This document shows, piece after piece, positions 24,113 through 37,002 of a stretch of DNA of 64,000 bases. Source of the DNA: Guillardia theta CCMP2712. Its lineage: Eukaryota; Protista; Cryptophyta. Below the pieces are notes generated by a model. That model ran no database searches, was not told the DNA's origin, and saw only the letters and a program-made list of their open reading frames with translations. The translations under genes were made by a program, and so were the position numbers. Location of the stretch: positions 488,006 to 552,005 of the forward strand of contig NW_005434672.1 in NCBI RefSeq assembly GCF_000315625.1, written 5' to 3'. Position 1 is the stretch's first letter; every line of letters begins with the position of its first letter.

Positions 24113-27093
24113 TCAGGCCTTGTTGTCATGATGCTCCTTCTCTTTGGATTTCCAATATTCGTAGTTGCGGTCGATTCCTGCAGTGCATCAGCACGAGGGG
24201 AGAGGGAGAGGGGCGAGGCTCACGTTCGAGCAAGACTTTGCTCTCGGGGAAGCAAGCACACCAGGTGTCGAAGAGCGGGCGGACAACAAAGTCTACGAAC
24301 CCAGGCTGAGACTTGGTCACTCCGGGTTTCTCTCGGTCCATGAGGAAGGAGATCTGCTCAACAAGTCAGCACACCCATCGCTCCTGATCTGCACGCTCTG
24401 CCTTCATCTCCCGCTGCTTCTCGACGTCTCCCTGTCGCCACATCTCCTCTTCCAGTCGCTCCGACCACTGGATGTGAACCTCGTGGTCCGCGTACAGATG
24501 CCCAATGTCCGCAACTTTGATGGCGCCCTGAGCAGGAGAAGTCAGAGATGCTCCGAGGACAGGCGGGCGGCAAGCACCTGCAAGATGAGGGTCTTGAGCG
24601 CATCGGGCGGGTCACTCCCGATGTCATCATCAGGGTTTTCGAGTCGTTTCTGCAGATCTGATTTGAGTTTCGAGACAATCGCCTGCCACACGCTTGAGGG
24701 GTGTAAAAGACCGGCCAGCGTCACCATGTGCTCGCCCATGTCAGTGGCCATGACCATGTCGATGACCAGCTTTCTCAGGTGCGCCTGTTGAGCTTGCGGC
24801 ATTTGGTGGAGGAAATTACACTCTGGTTGCCGGAGGATTCGGAAACTGGAGGGGATTTGACATGAGCATCAAGATTCAACGGAGCCATGGGTCAAACCTA
24901 GAAGAGAGGTGATGACTTTCATTGGGCGACTTGTCGTTGCTGTCTATCGCCCAGTCATCTTGCGTCTTGACCAGGAAGTCATTGTTGAATCCTGCCATCG
25001 GGCTCAGAGGAAACGCTCAACGACTCCCTCCTTGTCCTCACCTCGATGCTCGAAGTCATGGATGCAACTTGCCAGAAGTCCAGCAAGTATCTCAAGTTTG
25101 CCTACAAATTTTCCTACGCCGCCTTTCACAAGCTACACCAACGGTCATTTCCGCACGGAGATTGAGGCAGAAAGTGGAACTGACCAGGCAATGCATTGAC
25201 TGAACGACGTCAGCAACGTGTGTCGCATTGTGATAAGGGTTGTCTGAGTGTCCACTCTCGATCGTCCGGAGGAAGTTGACAAATTTCACTTGGTCAAGGT
25301 GGAATTCTTCGATCAGGTTGTGCTTCATGAAAACGTGCCAGCAGAGAACCTGACGAGAAAGAATGTGACAACACTGCAAACAAGAAGCTGTTCACTTACT
25401 TGCAACGGAAGCCCATCAGCTTCGCGCTCGAGGTCAAACACCTGAAATACAGTCATCAGGAGAAGAATCCCTTATTTCAAAGTGAATACGTTGAAGTCCC
25501 AATCGTCAGCCCTTTCAAGACATGCACGAAGTCCCTGGAGCTGCATAGGCTTCGAGCTCAACCCCGCTGAGTTGGCTGAGACAGTGCTCTCCAAGGACCT
25601 CGGAGTTCCATCGCCTTCAAAACAAATCAAGATATGAGAACAAAAGAATGTTTGCATACCGTCGCCTTCACCGTCAGATCTTGCATCTGACATAGTACCT
25701 TCGCGTCCTTTGTGTCACATCGAGAACAACGTAGAGAGGCCAGATTGAACAATGGAAATGTCACAAGCTAGGCAGAAAAGCGTATTGAACAAAATAAATG
25801 CGGAGATATTCGCTACGATCATGAAATCAAGGGCAGCGGCTGCTATCCCATACCTCCATCATATAGGAAGTTCCAGTCTTCTCCCAGCAGCACCATCAGA
25901 GAGCCGGCCACATCACTGTCAACGTTGCATTCAACTCATCATACAAGTCTCTTGATCGGCAATCACCTGTCGTGCTGCTTGACAATATGCTGCCGGGTGT
26001 GCTCTGACATCTCAAGGCGCCCGAGCTCACATTCAACTTTGCGCAAGTTGGTCACATCCTGGTGTGAAATCATAATGATAGGTTCTCCTGCACGAGCCAA
26101 CAGTTACGAAGGCAAAAGACTCTCGATCGGAGCAATCCACCAGTGAAGGGGTCCTTCTGCCGTTGCGCGAAGATACGACAGTACCATAGTTCGCTCGTCC
26201 CATCCTCATTTTCACGCTTGATCGGTAGGTCAACCTACCAAACATCGGCTCAGACGCGGACCTGACAAGCTTCAGCTCGCACACCTCATAGCTGGAACCT
26301 TCTTCGGACAAAGCCTCCATCATGTTCTCATACGCTGTTCTCCGCTCTGTGCGTTCGATACTGAACGAGCCCGAGCTCGAGATTGCAGGAACTTGGTCAT
26401 TCAGGCCCCGCCTCTCACGCTCACTCATCCCAAATATGTCACTTTGAAGCCAGATCGTCTTGCCGAACACGCCAACCGCGGCTGGATTGCACGTGATCAA
26501 GTGCCCATCGAACGTGAAGAAGCACAAGGGGTAGGGCGAGCACTCAAGGAGTGACGTCATGTACTTGGTGTTTTCTTCGAGCTGCCGTCGGATGTCCAGC
26601 GGCCATCTGACGGTCATGACACACTCAATGGTCTCTCCTGCTTGTCCGTCCTTCGCGATCCTCTTCACAGACGCAGGTCCGTAGATGGCTTCCACAGAGA
26701 TGTTCTCTTTCCCAGCAGGAACAATGTCTTTTTCGATCAACTGGAAAAGCCCGAGTGAGTGCAGTTCATCTTTTCTCGAGATAAATCACCATCTGACGTT
26801 CAACTTGTACTTTTTGATATCTGGCTTTCCATCTCTCCTTCTCTTCAGCATCAAGCCTTGACAAGACATCCTGCTCAACACCGCTCAGCAACCAAGACTC
26901 TACCTAGGAGCTGAATCACCTGTGACACGAAAGCATCAAAGCTCACGCCAACAGTGCTCAAGTAGCTGGCGTTGGCCCATATATTCTTAGGAGGTTCACT
27001 GTAATCAGTGATAGTGACGCAAAGAGGGACGGCATCGAGCGCCTTGAGGTGGCAGTCTTCGAGGATAAGAGTCTCGGTTTCAAGCGACGGCAT
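24113..27093 (-). CDS. Class I cyclic-nucleotide phosphodiesterase with N-terminal PAS-like domains
   Basis: [67 protein letters not shown]. The N-terminal [12 protein letters not shown]...WANASY and [19 protein letters not shown] segments are PAS-like. Confidence 0.9.
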
Positions 27094-28599
27094 CTTACAA
27101 CAGGAAGCAGTGCATGAATATGTCCAACTCAAGGTTTTGCTTGGATTGCTGAGCTTATCCTACAGCTCAAGCAAAGATCATCAATTGAGAACCTCCTTCA
27201 CCGACCCCCTGTGATATGCGCTCCCTTGACTGCTAGAAGTCTACGAAGTGCTTCCTCTCGAGCTCCAATTGGCAGTCTCACAGCTAGAGGAATCGGGGGG
27301 TCGACCTTCAGTGTGCCGCTTGATCAACGAGGTCTCCGTGAAGCAAGAATCAAGGAATGAAGGAATATGACGGACCCTCTACTGAGATGAGGCGGAGAAT
27401 GAAACTAGCCACCTTCTCCTGCAGGTATGACTCTTCGGCAAGGAGAGTATCCTCCTCCACCTGCTCTCCCCTCGTCTCCCTGCTGTACGGGTCCTCCACC
27501 TCTTCTACTTCACTGTCCTGACGACGCGGACTGGCCCCAACCTTTTTTCCTGCTGCACAAGGTTCTAGGGCCTCCTAGCGGGAGGTATGATGGTCCTAGA
27601 GAGGTCATAGTTCTCTTCAATTGGTCCTACTTACCCTAGGGTACATTGAGGTCGGTCCTAGCAAATCTCACAAGGATTTTTAAGGTAGCTCACCGTAGGA
27701 GGGGGGTCATAGCAAGGTCATATGAACATTCTTATCACATACAACCTGGTCCTACATAATGTGGGCAACATGAGATCGTTACAATCCGTTACACTGTCTC
27801 CCCGTGGTGAAGGTTTCGCCTTCTTTGGATCTCGAGGTGTGCGGCCGACAAGAAGGGGTGCTAACTAGGAGGGTAGGGGGGGTAGGGGTGAAAGGGGTAG
27901 TAAACAAGGATACGAGATCGAGTCATACTGTGCGTGTAAATTAGGAGGGTGGGGTAATTCAAGCTCTCCACTAGGGGTAGGGGTGCATGGTGAAGGATGG
28001 GTCCACCTACCCCTCTGCGATTGAGCACACAAAGAGCATTTAAAGGAACAGGTTGGTGGTTGAGGGGTAGTATTCCTTCCTGATAGGGGTGTGGAGATCA
28101 CTGGAGAGGGACAGGGGTGGATGGACTCGGCCGCGTTTTCATGTGGGGGTGGGTGGGGTGTCACGTTCAAAATTGTTTTTAACATAAAAATGATATAATC
28201 GATGGAGTTACCTCCAACTGTACTTGACTTGAGTAAACTATAAAACGTATTTAATTTTAAAACATTTTGGGCTCCAAAGAGTCAGCTGGCTGACCGTTTT
28301 GTGTCAGCCGTTTTCTCAACGGTTTTGACCCGTCACTCCCCTTAGGGGGCACTTCTCAGTGACTTCACCGGACAGGCCCGGTGGGCCCCGGGCGCCGCCA
28401 CCGAAACATCGGGGCATGCCGTCACCGTGCAGCGCTATCATGGCAGTACTGCTTCCCAGTCCGAAAGACGTGATGGCATGATGGGAGCTGAAGGAGGGAG
28501 GGAGGACCAGTGAAGAACCTGTCTCTGTCAAGTTGTAGAGACCTGAGGATCCATCGCCCTGAGTTGCCCTTGTCGAAGCTACACGTCGAGTCAGTCAGG

Positions 28600-29141
28600 A
28601 TGGCTTCGGGCGCCCTTGCTAGACGAGTTCGGAGGGTGAGCAGGAAGCTAAGGAACTATGTCTTCTTTATTCTGATTCTTGCCGTCTCCTCCTCGTTCTC
28701 CTTGCTCCACTTCTTCTTCCGCAAGATGTCGACTCAGAGACATGTCCACATCGATATCAGCAGCCTCGACGAGGATTCGTACGACGGCGATCAAAACAAG
28801 CATGTCATCTCGTTTGATGCCATCAGCCTTCCCGACTGCGCGCTTTCGAATCAAACGCTGATACGCAAAAGGATCTCTGCCCTGGAAAGATCCATCCAAC
28901 CAACCGTCAAAGGAGAAGGAGCGGGCGCCAGAGCTCACAGCAAGATGATAGATATGATGAGGAGCAACGAGTTTGCTTCGAACCCTGAGCATCTCCTGCA
29001 GAATGAAGTCGAGAATCTCAGGGCGATCCTAAGGTAGCCCCCATGTTGCTTCATGCCTCTGTTCTCATCGTCTTAGGTGTGAATCTGTGTGGTTGCAGGT
29101 CCTGCCAGATATATTTCGGATCCAAGGGCTGGGTCGGGTGA
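28600..29141 (+). CDS. Hypothetical type II membrane protein
   Basis: Basic N-terminus followed by a hydrophobic segment (YVFFILILAVSSSFSLLHFFF). One intron (~29034-29098) precedes SCQIYFGSKGWVG*. Confidence 0.55.
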
Positions 29142-29481
29142 AGGCATGCATGGCAATCGGTCAGATGAGCATGAGAGAGCAGACAAGGGTGTGATGGATC
29201 AGGACTGTACACCTTGGACTAGAAAAGTGTTGAGATATGGATGGATTGCTGTCAAACAACTTTCTCGTATCAAAGCTCACACAGGATTACTTGTTACGTA
29301 AACTCCAAGTTGAATCATATTAGCCAGCCTCGTTCATTATCATTCTGAAGAAGACCGTGTTTGTGCCTTGCTCTGTTTACAAGGATAAAGCATACAACAG
29401 GGAGAAAACACAATCTTAAAGCAGATCGCTGATCGTTGAGCAACGGATGTAGGAGGAAAGGTTACAGTCAAGAAGACGAGT

Positions 29482-31092
29482 CTAGATTGACACTGGCTCC
29501 TTGGTTTGGGCAAAATTGATCTTCTTAGCCTCATCAACAAAGGCGGCAACCTGTGTGGTTTGCCGTTAGTGCTGAAGAAGCGGGATGAGATGTGCAAGCT
29601 CACAGCAGATTCTGGGGTCGGCTGGATGACTCCATGACCCAGGTTGAGGATATGAGGGACCCCTCGTGCCTTGTGGACACAGTCTCTGACAGCCTCGCGA
29701 ATCTGTGAAGGAGGAAGAATCAGCAGGAGCAACTCCAAGCCATGCCAAGCAACCTTGGACTCTTTCCCCATGAGGATGAGGGGATCGACGTTGCCGGAGA
29801 TGGGCTTGTCTCCCAGCGTCTTTCTTGCAGTCGCCATGTCAATCTGTGGATTAGAACATCAGTAAAGCTTCAAGTCGCTGTGCTCGTGTGCAATGCCTTC
29901 CAGTCGACGCAGATCATGTCGGCCTAGTTGTTCATTATCAATATTTTGGTCTTGAAAGGAACAACATTTCCTCACCTTCATGTCGCGCTGAAGTTCAAGG
30001 TATGATGATCCTCCATTGGCGAAGTAGATGATGGGAACGTTGGGGTGCTGTAAACTGGCAATCAGCCAACGATTTCTAGTTCCACCAATTTCGCATGCCT
30101 TCTGCTTGATGAGAGAGATAGCCTTGTCCGCGTAGGGCTTCCCGAAGATCAGGAAGTCCTCAGGGCTGAGGTGATGGGCCCAGGACTCAAAGACTTGAAG
30201 AACTTGTGCGCCGCAATCGATCTTGTCACTCTTAGTCAGCATGTCGGAGCACGTTTTACAGCTAGACCTGATGGATGGCATACGCAGCAATGTTCTCAGC
30301 AATGTGGTCCAAGAAGGCATGCAAGATCTCAGGCTGATTGTACATCATCTTCTTGGTCTGAGTTTTCTGTTAGAGATTCTGAAACTTGACACAACTCTAA
30401 GGCACCTGGAAACAGTTCTTGTCCGCCTTGCCTTCCACCGAGTACGCCGCCAAGGTGAAAGGAGAGCCAACAAACCCTAGCAGCGTGGTCTTTCCATCCG
30501 TCTCCTACACACAGCTGGTCAGTCCCTCTTCACCCTACTCGATGCTGACCTTTCTCAGGGACTGGAGGATCTCTCGGAGGAAGGGCACACTGGCGTCAGG
30601 GTCGTCGATTGGCTTCAAGCTCTTGATCTGATCCATGGAGCGGATTGGGTCGAAGATGACAGGACCAGATCCCTTGACGACATCGAACTCGATGCCCATG
30701 GAAGGAAGCGGCGTGAGGATGTCAGAGAACATGATGACGCCATCTGTGCCGAAGGCCTTCCACGGCTGCAAGGAGAGCTCGATGGCAATCTCTGGCGTCT
30801 CTGATCGCTGTCTGAAGGGATACTTGTCACTGTACTCTCTGAACGCCTTCATGTATCGCCCTGCCTGCCTCATGAGCCACACTGGCGCGCGGTTTGCCTC
30901 CTCCCCACGAGCAACTCTTAAAAGGATGTCGTGATCCGAGGCCTGCATCTTCAGCTTAAGGCCTGCCCTGGAGGCCTTCTGGGAGGAGGCGATCTGTCTC
31001 ATCAGCAAGGATGAGGACGAGGAAGGAGCAAAGGCCTCAGCCTGGAGGGCGCAGACGGACAGCAGCGCCGCTGCAGTCCAGGCGGCCGCCAT
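29482..31092 (-). CDS. hemE: Uroporphyrinogen III decarboxylase, plastid-targeted
   Basis: Signal + AEAFAP presequence; [46 protein letters not shown]. Confidence 0.96.
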
Positions 31093-32735
31093 GGCAGGGA
31101 CCTTACAACTTATAGCCGCAAGCGACTCTAACCAGGTAATTAGGTTCTTTGAAACCCGGAATCCAATTAGCTGAGCGAATTACCGGCTGACTACCGGCGG
31201 GCCCGGCCGGCGGGCCTCACTGCCCGGCCCGGCCGGGCCAGTGGGGCCGCGCCGCGCCGCAGACTCGGACCATCGCCGTGACGGTCACACGAGTCCGGCG
31301 GTGCCAGCCGCTGATGCCGCAGTACTATGATTAGCGGCTTCAAGTTGCCGAGGCTGGCCCGGGCCCGGGCGGTCACCGGAGTCCGTCACTGAGTCAGTGC
31401 CGGGCCCGGCCCGGCGGCCGGCCCGGCAACGGACCGTCTCCCGGCCCGGCCCGGCCGGGCCGCCGCCGCCCGAGGACACGGCACGGTATCCGAGTCCGAC
31501 TGCCAGTGACTCCCGTCACGGCGTGGCCGCACCCGGAGTCACGGTCCGATCCGACGGCGCCCGGCCCGGCCGCCGGGCCGGCCCCGCTTCAATCAGCGGC
31601 AGTGCAGTCCGTCACGTGACGGTCGCGGGCAGTGCTTTGAAGCCTAAGTTGAGAGTCACGGGGCGGCGGCCCGGTCCGAGGCTCCGAGTCCCGCGGCCCG
31701 GCGGCCGCGGGGTGACTGCGAGTGCCAGTCACGAGTCGCCGCCGGGGCAACTTGGCCCCGCGCGCCCGGGGCCGGGCCCCCCGGCGGCGGCCCGGCGCCG
31801 CCCGGCCGGGCGCCTACTAGGCTAGTCACTGAGTCACGGTACGGTACGGTAACTCGGTAAAGACAGGGCGACCCGCCTGACCCACTGCCAGGGACCACCC
31901 CACCCTCTCTCAGTGCCGAGAAAGTTGACCCGCCTCACGCTACCGTGGTGTCACTATAAACTAATCCCGGAGATCAAGTCCACCCCCACCCCCGCCCCCT
32001 TGCGATTGGCCGTCGGTTTTTGACATGCGGCGGCAAGCCGCTGGCCCACAGGGAGTTGCGGCAGGGGAGAGGAGGAGGGAGAGGAGGAAATGAGAAGCCT
32101 GAGAGGAGGGAGAAGATAGAAGTAGGAAGACTCACAGCAGAATGAGGGGAGGGAGGAGAGACTGAGAAGTGACGGTGAGAGAGAATTTTCAGTGATGTTG
32201 AAGTTGGAGCCCCGGGATCATGCAATGAAGAAGAGAATGGATGTTAGAGGTTCAAGGAGAGAGGATAGATAGCTGCTGATAAGCGAAATGTCGGAGGAGT
32301 GAAGGACAAAGGGAGAGGGGGGGGGGGTTAGTATGAGACTCAGAGCGCAAGGCACTCAGTGACTGCTGAGGGAGCCACGATACAGCAGGCAGGAGTTTAG
32401 TTTATCTCGAGGGTCTGAATATGCCTAGAAAGATGTATAGTATACACACATGCACGTTCCACTGCAGTATAGAAAAATCTGTCGCTCTTCTCTGCCTGCA
32501 TTCACACAAACGGAGGCTCAATGGTTGGTTCTGAGGGAAGGCTGAGTACAAACCTTGAAACTGTTGAACTGTTACTTTGCCATCTCAAGATGCTGGACGG
32601 TTTCAGGGAAGGATGCATCAGCAGACCTTGATGCTTAGTTGAAGAAGAACACAGCTTGATTGAAGGACATAACTTCCGAATATCACGTCTAACTCTATCG
32701 AAGATGACTCTGTTGCTGACGCATAGCATTCTCAG

Positions 32736-34321
32736 GATTGTCAAGTGCTGAACACAAACAAGCAGTTGTGGGCTGCCAAATCTCTGCCAGAGTGAGCTGT
32801 GGCAATTGTCGGAGGAAATGCAAAGAGTCGGGATGAACGGTAAGGATTGATTTCACCATTTCCCCAACAAACAAGGCTGAATTCAAAATTTAGCTTTTGC
32901 CTTTGTGCTGTACTTGTCACTCCCGGGAGCAAGCGCGTACATGTCACGGTAGTCCACAGTCGGAGGTGCCAAGTTGTTGGGCTCACTATCTGAGGTCAGG
33001 TATTCCTGCAACACGACTGCAGACCTGTTCAAGAGGCAGGGTCTGACGTCAGAAACCTTCTTGTGTGCCCCCTACGTCAACTACACAGGTCAAACCACTT
33101 GACATCCTCCCGCTCATGATCGCCTGACCCTTGGACTTGCAGTGGCGTGCGACCTCGATGACGACCCTGCTCTTGGCTTCAACCCTGTGAGCCTGAAGAC
33201 CTGATCCGGCCCAGTCGTGACCTCAGTCGCAGAGCTGCAACAACACGTTCGCCGTCCAGGTTTATGCCAACTTTGAGAGGGCCCTCAGTGTCTACAGGTT
33301 CGCACTACTGTCACAGTCGCTGCAGTCATGACAACCTTGTTCTGCCCTTCAGCTGCAGAGACTACAGCAGGATCTGGACTTGTGACAACTGCACTGTAAG
33401 GAGAATCACGACGGCCAGGTCATGGGGCTCACTGCAGCTGGCAGGTGGCGTACAAGAGATGGCTCTGTTCGGCGTTGTTCCGAAAGTGATGACATCGCTC
33501 TTTCACATGCTACGTGCAACAAACCTCTGAATTGTTTTCCACTTCTTCGAATTCTTTCTGGCCTCAGGTGCAATCAAGACTACGAGTGCCCCGAAAACTT
33601 TACAAGTGAAACATTAATGCAAGATTTCGGGTCGTTGGCTGACGCGGACTCTGCAGGAACAAACGCAAGGGCTATCCCCGACTGCGTCATGAAGACTTGC
33701 CAGGTAGCTTCCTGCCCCGCAGAGCAGCCGCTGGAGGCATCTTGTGTGCTTCACCTCCTCTTCTCACGCAGCCCCCGCCAGGATGTCTGCTACGACGTGG
33801 TCCGGAAGTGCCCCGTCCATCTCGAGTTCCGGTGCCCTCCGGTCAAAGGTAGCCAACACTTGGAGGAGTGGGGGGAGGAGGAGGAAGTCGCTAAAGTGTG
33901 AGACAGATCTTCGAGAGTACGACATCCGGACCTGCAACAACTTGGAGAGGCCGTCGACAGACAACGTGAATGCTCTTTCCTCTGCCTCCAGTCCCGCATG
34001 CCCCAGATGCTAGTTGTTGTGGCCCTTTCATGGGAAAGAAGATTTTTCTCCTCCTCCTCCTCCTCCTCCTCCTCCTCCTCCTCCTCAAATCCTCTATCCT
34101 CCATTCTCCTCCTCCTCCTCCTCCAATACTCTTTCCTCCTCCTCCTCCTCCAATACTCTGTCCTCCTCCTCCTCCTCCAATACTCTGTCCTCCTCCTCAG
34201 CCTCCCTCAGCCGCTGACGGGATTCACGCAGGGGCGAATGCTTCGGGCTCACAATTTTTTATACGTTGTTTGCGCTGCCCTTACTCTGATTTTGTCTAGA
34301 GCCGTCAAGGTTGATATCTAG
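32736..34321 (+). CDS. Mid1/NLF-1/FAM155(NALF)-like cysteine-rich membrane-anchored protein, many small exons
   Basis: Spliced YANFERALSVYS|CRDYSRIWTCDNCT|VAYKRWLCSALFRK|C...KTCQ|DVCYDVVRKCPVHLEFRCPP...TCN matches the Mid1 C1/C2 cysteine pattern. The last exon (FLYVVCAALTLIL) is hydrophobic. The 5' end is not resolved. Confidence 0.7.
34047..34200. repeat. (TCC)n microsatellite and ~27-bp TCC-rich tandem units (intronic)
   Basis: (TCC) run followed by three ...cctcctccaatactct.. units. Confidence 0.85.
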
Positions 34322-34468
34322 ACGCTCATGAAGACCTGTTCCATGGATTTTGACATTGACAACCTGTTGCGCTCGTTGCTGACGAATGCATCTATTCATG
34401 CCTTGGTTTTACTTTAGTTTGCTGTTTGTTATTGTAAAAGATTAATACAACCGATCTTGACCCGAGGG

Positions 34469-35973
34469 CTACATGATACTGAACTTTTTCCCGTTGCTCT
34501 CGATGATGTCGCGCGGTTGTCCATAGAAGAGGTTTATGTACAGCTTTGATTGGTTCCCCTGCTCATTGTACATGGGTCGACCGCCGGCATCTTGCAGGTC
34601 GAACCATCCACTGATCTCATCCCCCGCCGAGACCGATCGAACGATCGCCTGACCGCAGAAGACAAAGGGAGAGTTGCTCGAGGTCAGACGGATAGAAACG
34701 ATCAACGTCACTGCTTGCCCGTCCAGGCTCGTGCTGACCATATCGCATCCAGCGAGGGGAATGTCTGTACTCTCGCCATCCCGCGACGATCTAGGGCGGT
34801 AGGCTGACTTTATGCTCACTATCTGATGCCATTGAACGCTGTTGGAGTCGTTGGGGATGTCGACCAGGTGGGTCTGAGGTTTCAGCGCCTGATTCCGACT
34901 GATCGGCGACATGGCTCCGTTTTGTAGGCCAGCATCCATCGAGTTGGGGGAGTTTGAGTGAGGAGGAGAAGGGATCATGTCGCCTGGGACGTGTCCGGCG
35001 TCCTCCTCCCCCTGGATTGTCAGGATACTCGCGGAAATCTTGGAGTGTCCTCTACCTGCCAGGAGAGCAAGTCAGCCGTGCAACTCAAGTCAAGGCCAGG
35101 AGAGCACCTGCCAACAAGTTTCGAGCCTCGAAGAGCTCGACCAGGATCTTCCAGTCAGGGGTGGGAGAAGGAGCGTGCTGCCCTTCATTGTTGTGCTCCA
35201 GGTTGAGCTTATTGGAGCTGCGATGGGAGGGAGAGGTGAGGGGCAGAATTGCTAGCGGCTTGTAACGGGAGATGGTCAGCTCGGAGATGAAAGCGTCGAG
35301 AGACTCTGGCGGCACCGCAGACTTGGTGTTGGCCAGCTTATGATGTTGATCATCGTGGCAAGACGTCGGATCCTCCTGCCTCTTCTGAAACCCCTCTGGC
35401 AGGGCCTTCTCCTGCTCCTTCTCTGGTATTCTCTCCCGCGCCAAACAAACGCAGATAGTTCGTGACGATTCACCTGGAGTCAGCATCAGCTGCCCCTTCT
35501 CTCCTCTACTGCACAGACCTCGTCGGAACCCCAAGTTCACAGTCGTCTGGCTCAATCCCGTCACCTTGGCACTAACCAACTGCAAGGGCAGCCCCATAAT
35601 GCTCTGCCCATCCACCATCACGAGGACATCTCCAGGCTGTATTGCCCTGCATCTATCTGCTGGTCCTGCAAGCAAGTCACGAGAAAGGAGCGCGCTATCA
35701 CAAGCCCAAGGCAGCAGTGATGCAAATCCTTCGAAGATCATCGGAGAATTCTATCGACATCATGGAGAACATGCACAAAAATACAAACAGACACACATCA
35801 CAGCTCGAGCACGAGCTCATCTCTTCATGAGGGGCTTCCATCGCAAGTTACTGTCACTTACCTCCAGGCTTGAGGGATTTGACTCGCATGCTACCATTTT
35901 CATCGATATGAAAGTTTATCCCAACTCCGCACGGCCCACCGCTGTGGACATCCTTGTGCCTGGGGTCGCACAT
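34469..35973 (-). CDS. PDZ + C2 domain protein
   Basis: PDZ: CGVGINF...VKSLKPG|GPADRCRAIQPGDVLVMVDG...TVNLGFRR. C2: WKILVELFEARNL...FCGQAIV...GWFDLQD. Confidence 0.78.
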
Positions 35974-36186
35974 GCATTGTTCTTCTGCGCATGAAAGCTC
36001 GTTCCCCATCTCCGCTCGCTCTGACGGCTAGCTCATCCTCCGTGTGGGGTGCATAAGAGATGGACTCCGGCGCTTGGAGGGCCTGGGGTAAACGAGGGAC
36101 CCACCCCACAGAAGACGATACTTTCTCCTAGGAGAATGGTTTGATCATGGGGGTGTTTGGAAGGCTCTCAGTGACTGGAAGGGTGT

Positions 36187-36224
36187 CTCGTACTGATTTT
36201 TAACTTAACTTTGAGTAAAAGGAA
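36187..36224 (+). repeat. Dispersed conserved non-coding element, copy 2
   Basis: ctcgtactgatttttaacttaactttgagtaaaaggaa. Confidence 0.75.
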
Positions 36225-37002
36225 GGGTGTATTGTGCTCCACTAGGGGGAAAGATGGGGTGGGTGGTACCACACAGTATCACTCTGGGAACAACCTGACC
36301 GGCAGCCATCGGAGGTTTCCGAAGCCCCGACACTCGTTACCGCCGCCTGCATGCCCGGCCGTGGAAGGAGTAGGGGGAGGGTGGGGTGGGGGTCCTGACC
36401 GGCAGTCCCGTAGTAACATATAAAAAGTTGCTTCCGCATTGGCTGGAACCCCCGGGGGGGCCAGGAGAAAGGGGGTGGGTAGATCATTGAGCGCCGCTGA
36501 TTTGTAGGCGTAGGGTCCCTACCGGTACCCTTGAGATGGCTCGGCCTCCACTATCGGACCCCTTGTTCACCCACCGTCAGTGGGGCCGGCGACTACCCCA
36601 CCCCTACCTGGTTGCCCTTGAGGGCGCTGCCTGCTCACTGCGAGTTAACCGTTGACCCCTCCCTGTTACTACCGAATCGGATGAGTAAAATTATGTACCA
36701 CTGTACCGAATCGGAGCGGTGTCGGGCTCGCCTCGTTACTACTAAGTGAAATTAAGTTAAAGCCGGGCGGGGCACCATCGTGAAATGGCAACGGAAACGC
36801 GGAGGACAGCGCATCTTCATGGCGTCATGGCAGATGATGAAGAAGAAGCGATGGATGCTTGAAAGGAGGGAGAAGAGCCTCTGACACACGAGAGGAGCAG
36901 GACCTGCAGGCAGCTCGGACGGTCCTCTAGGTCAGGGGGAGGCTAAAAGTTGTTCAAGCTGCAGCCGGCAGGGAGCAGGAAAGGGGGAGTGGGGGAGCAA
37001 GG

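Noticed and set aside
31397-31825. Pro/Gly/Arg-rich ORFs in the GC islands
   Set aside because: These are stop-poor artefacts of GC-rich palindromic non-coding DNA with no recognisable domain.
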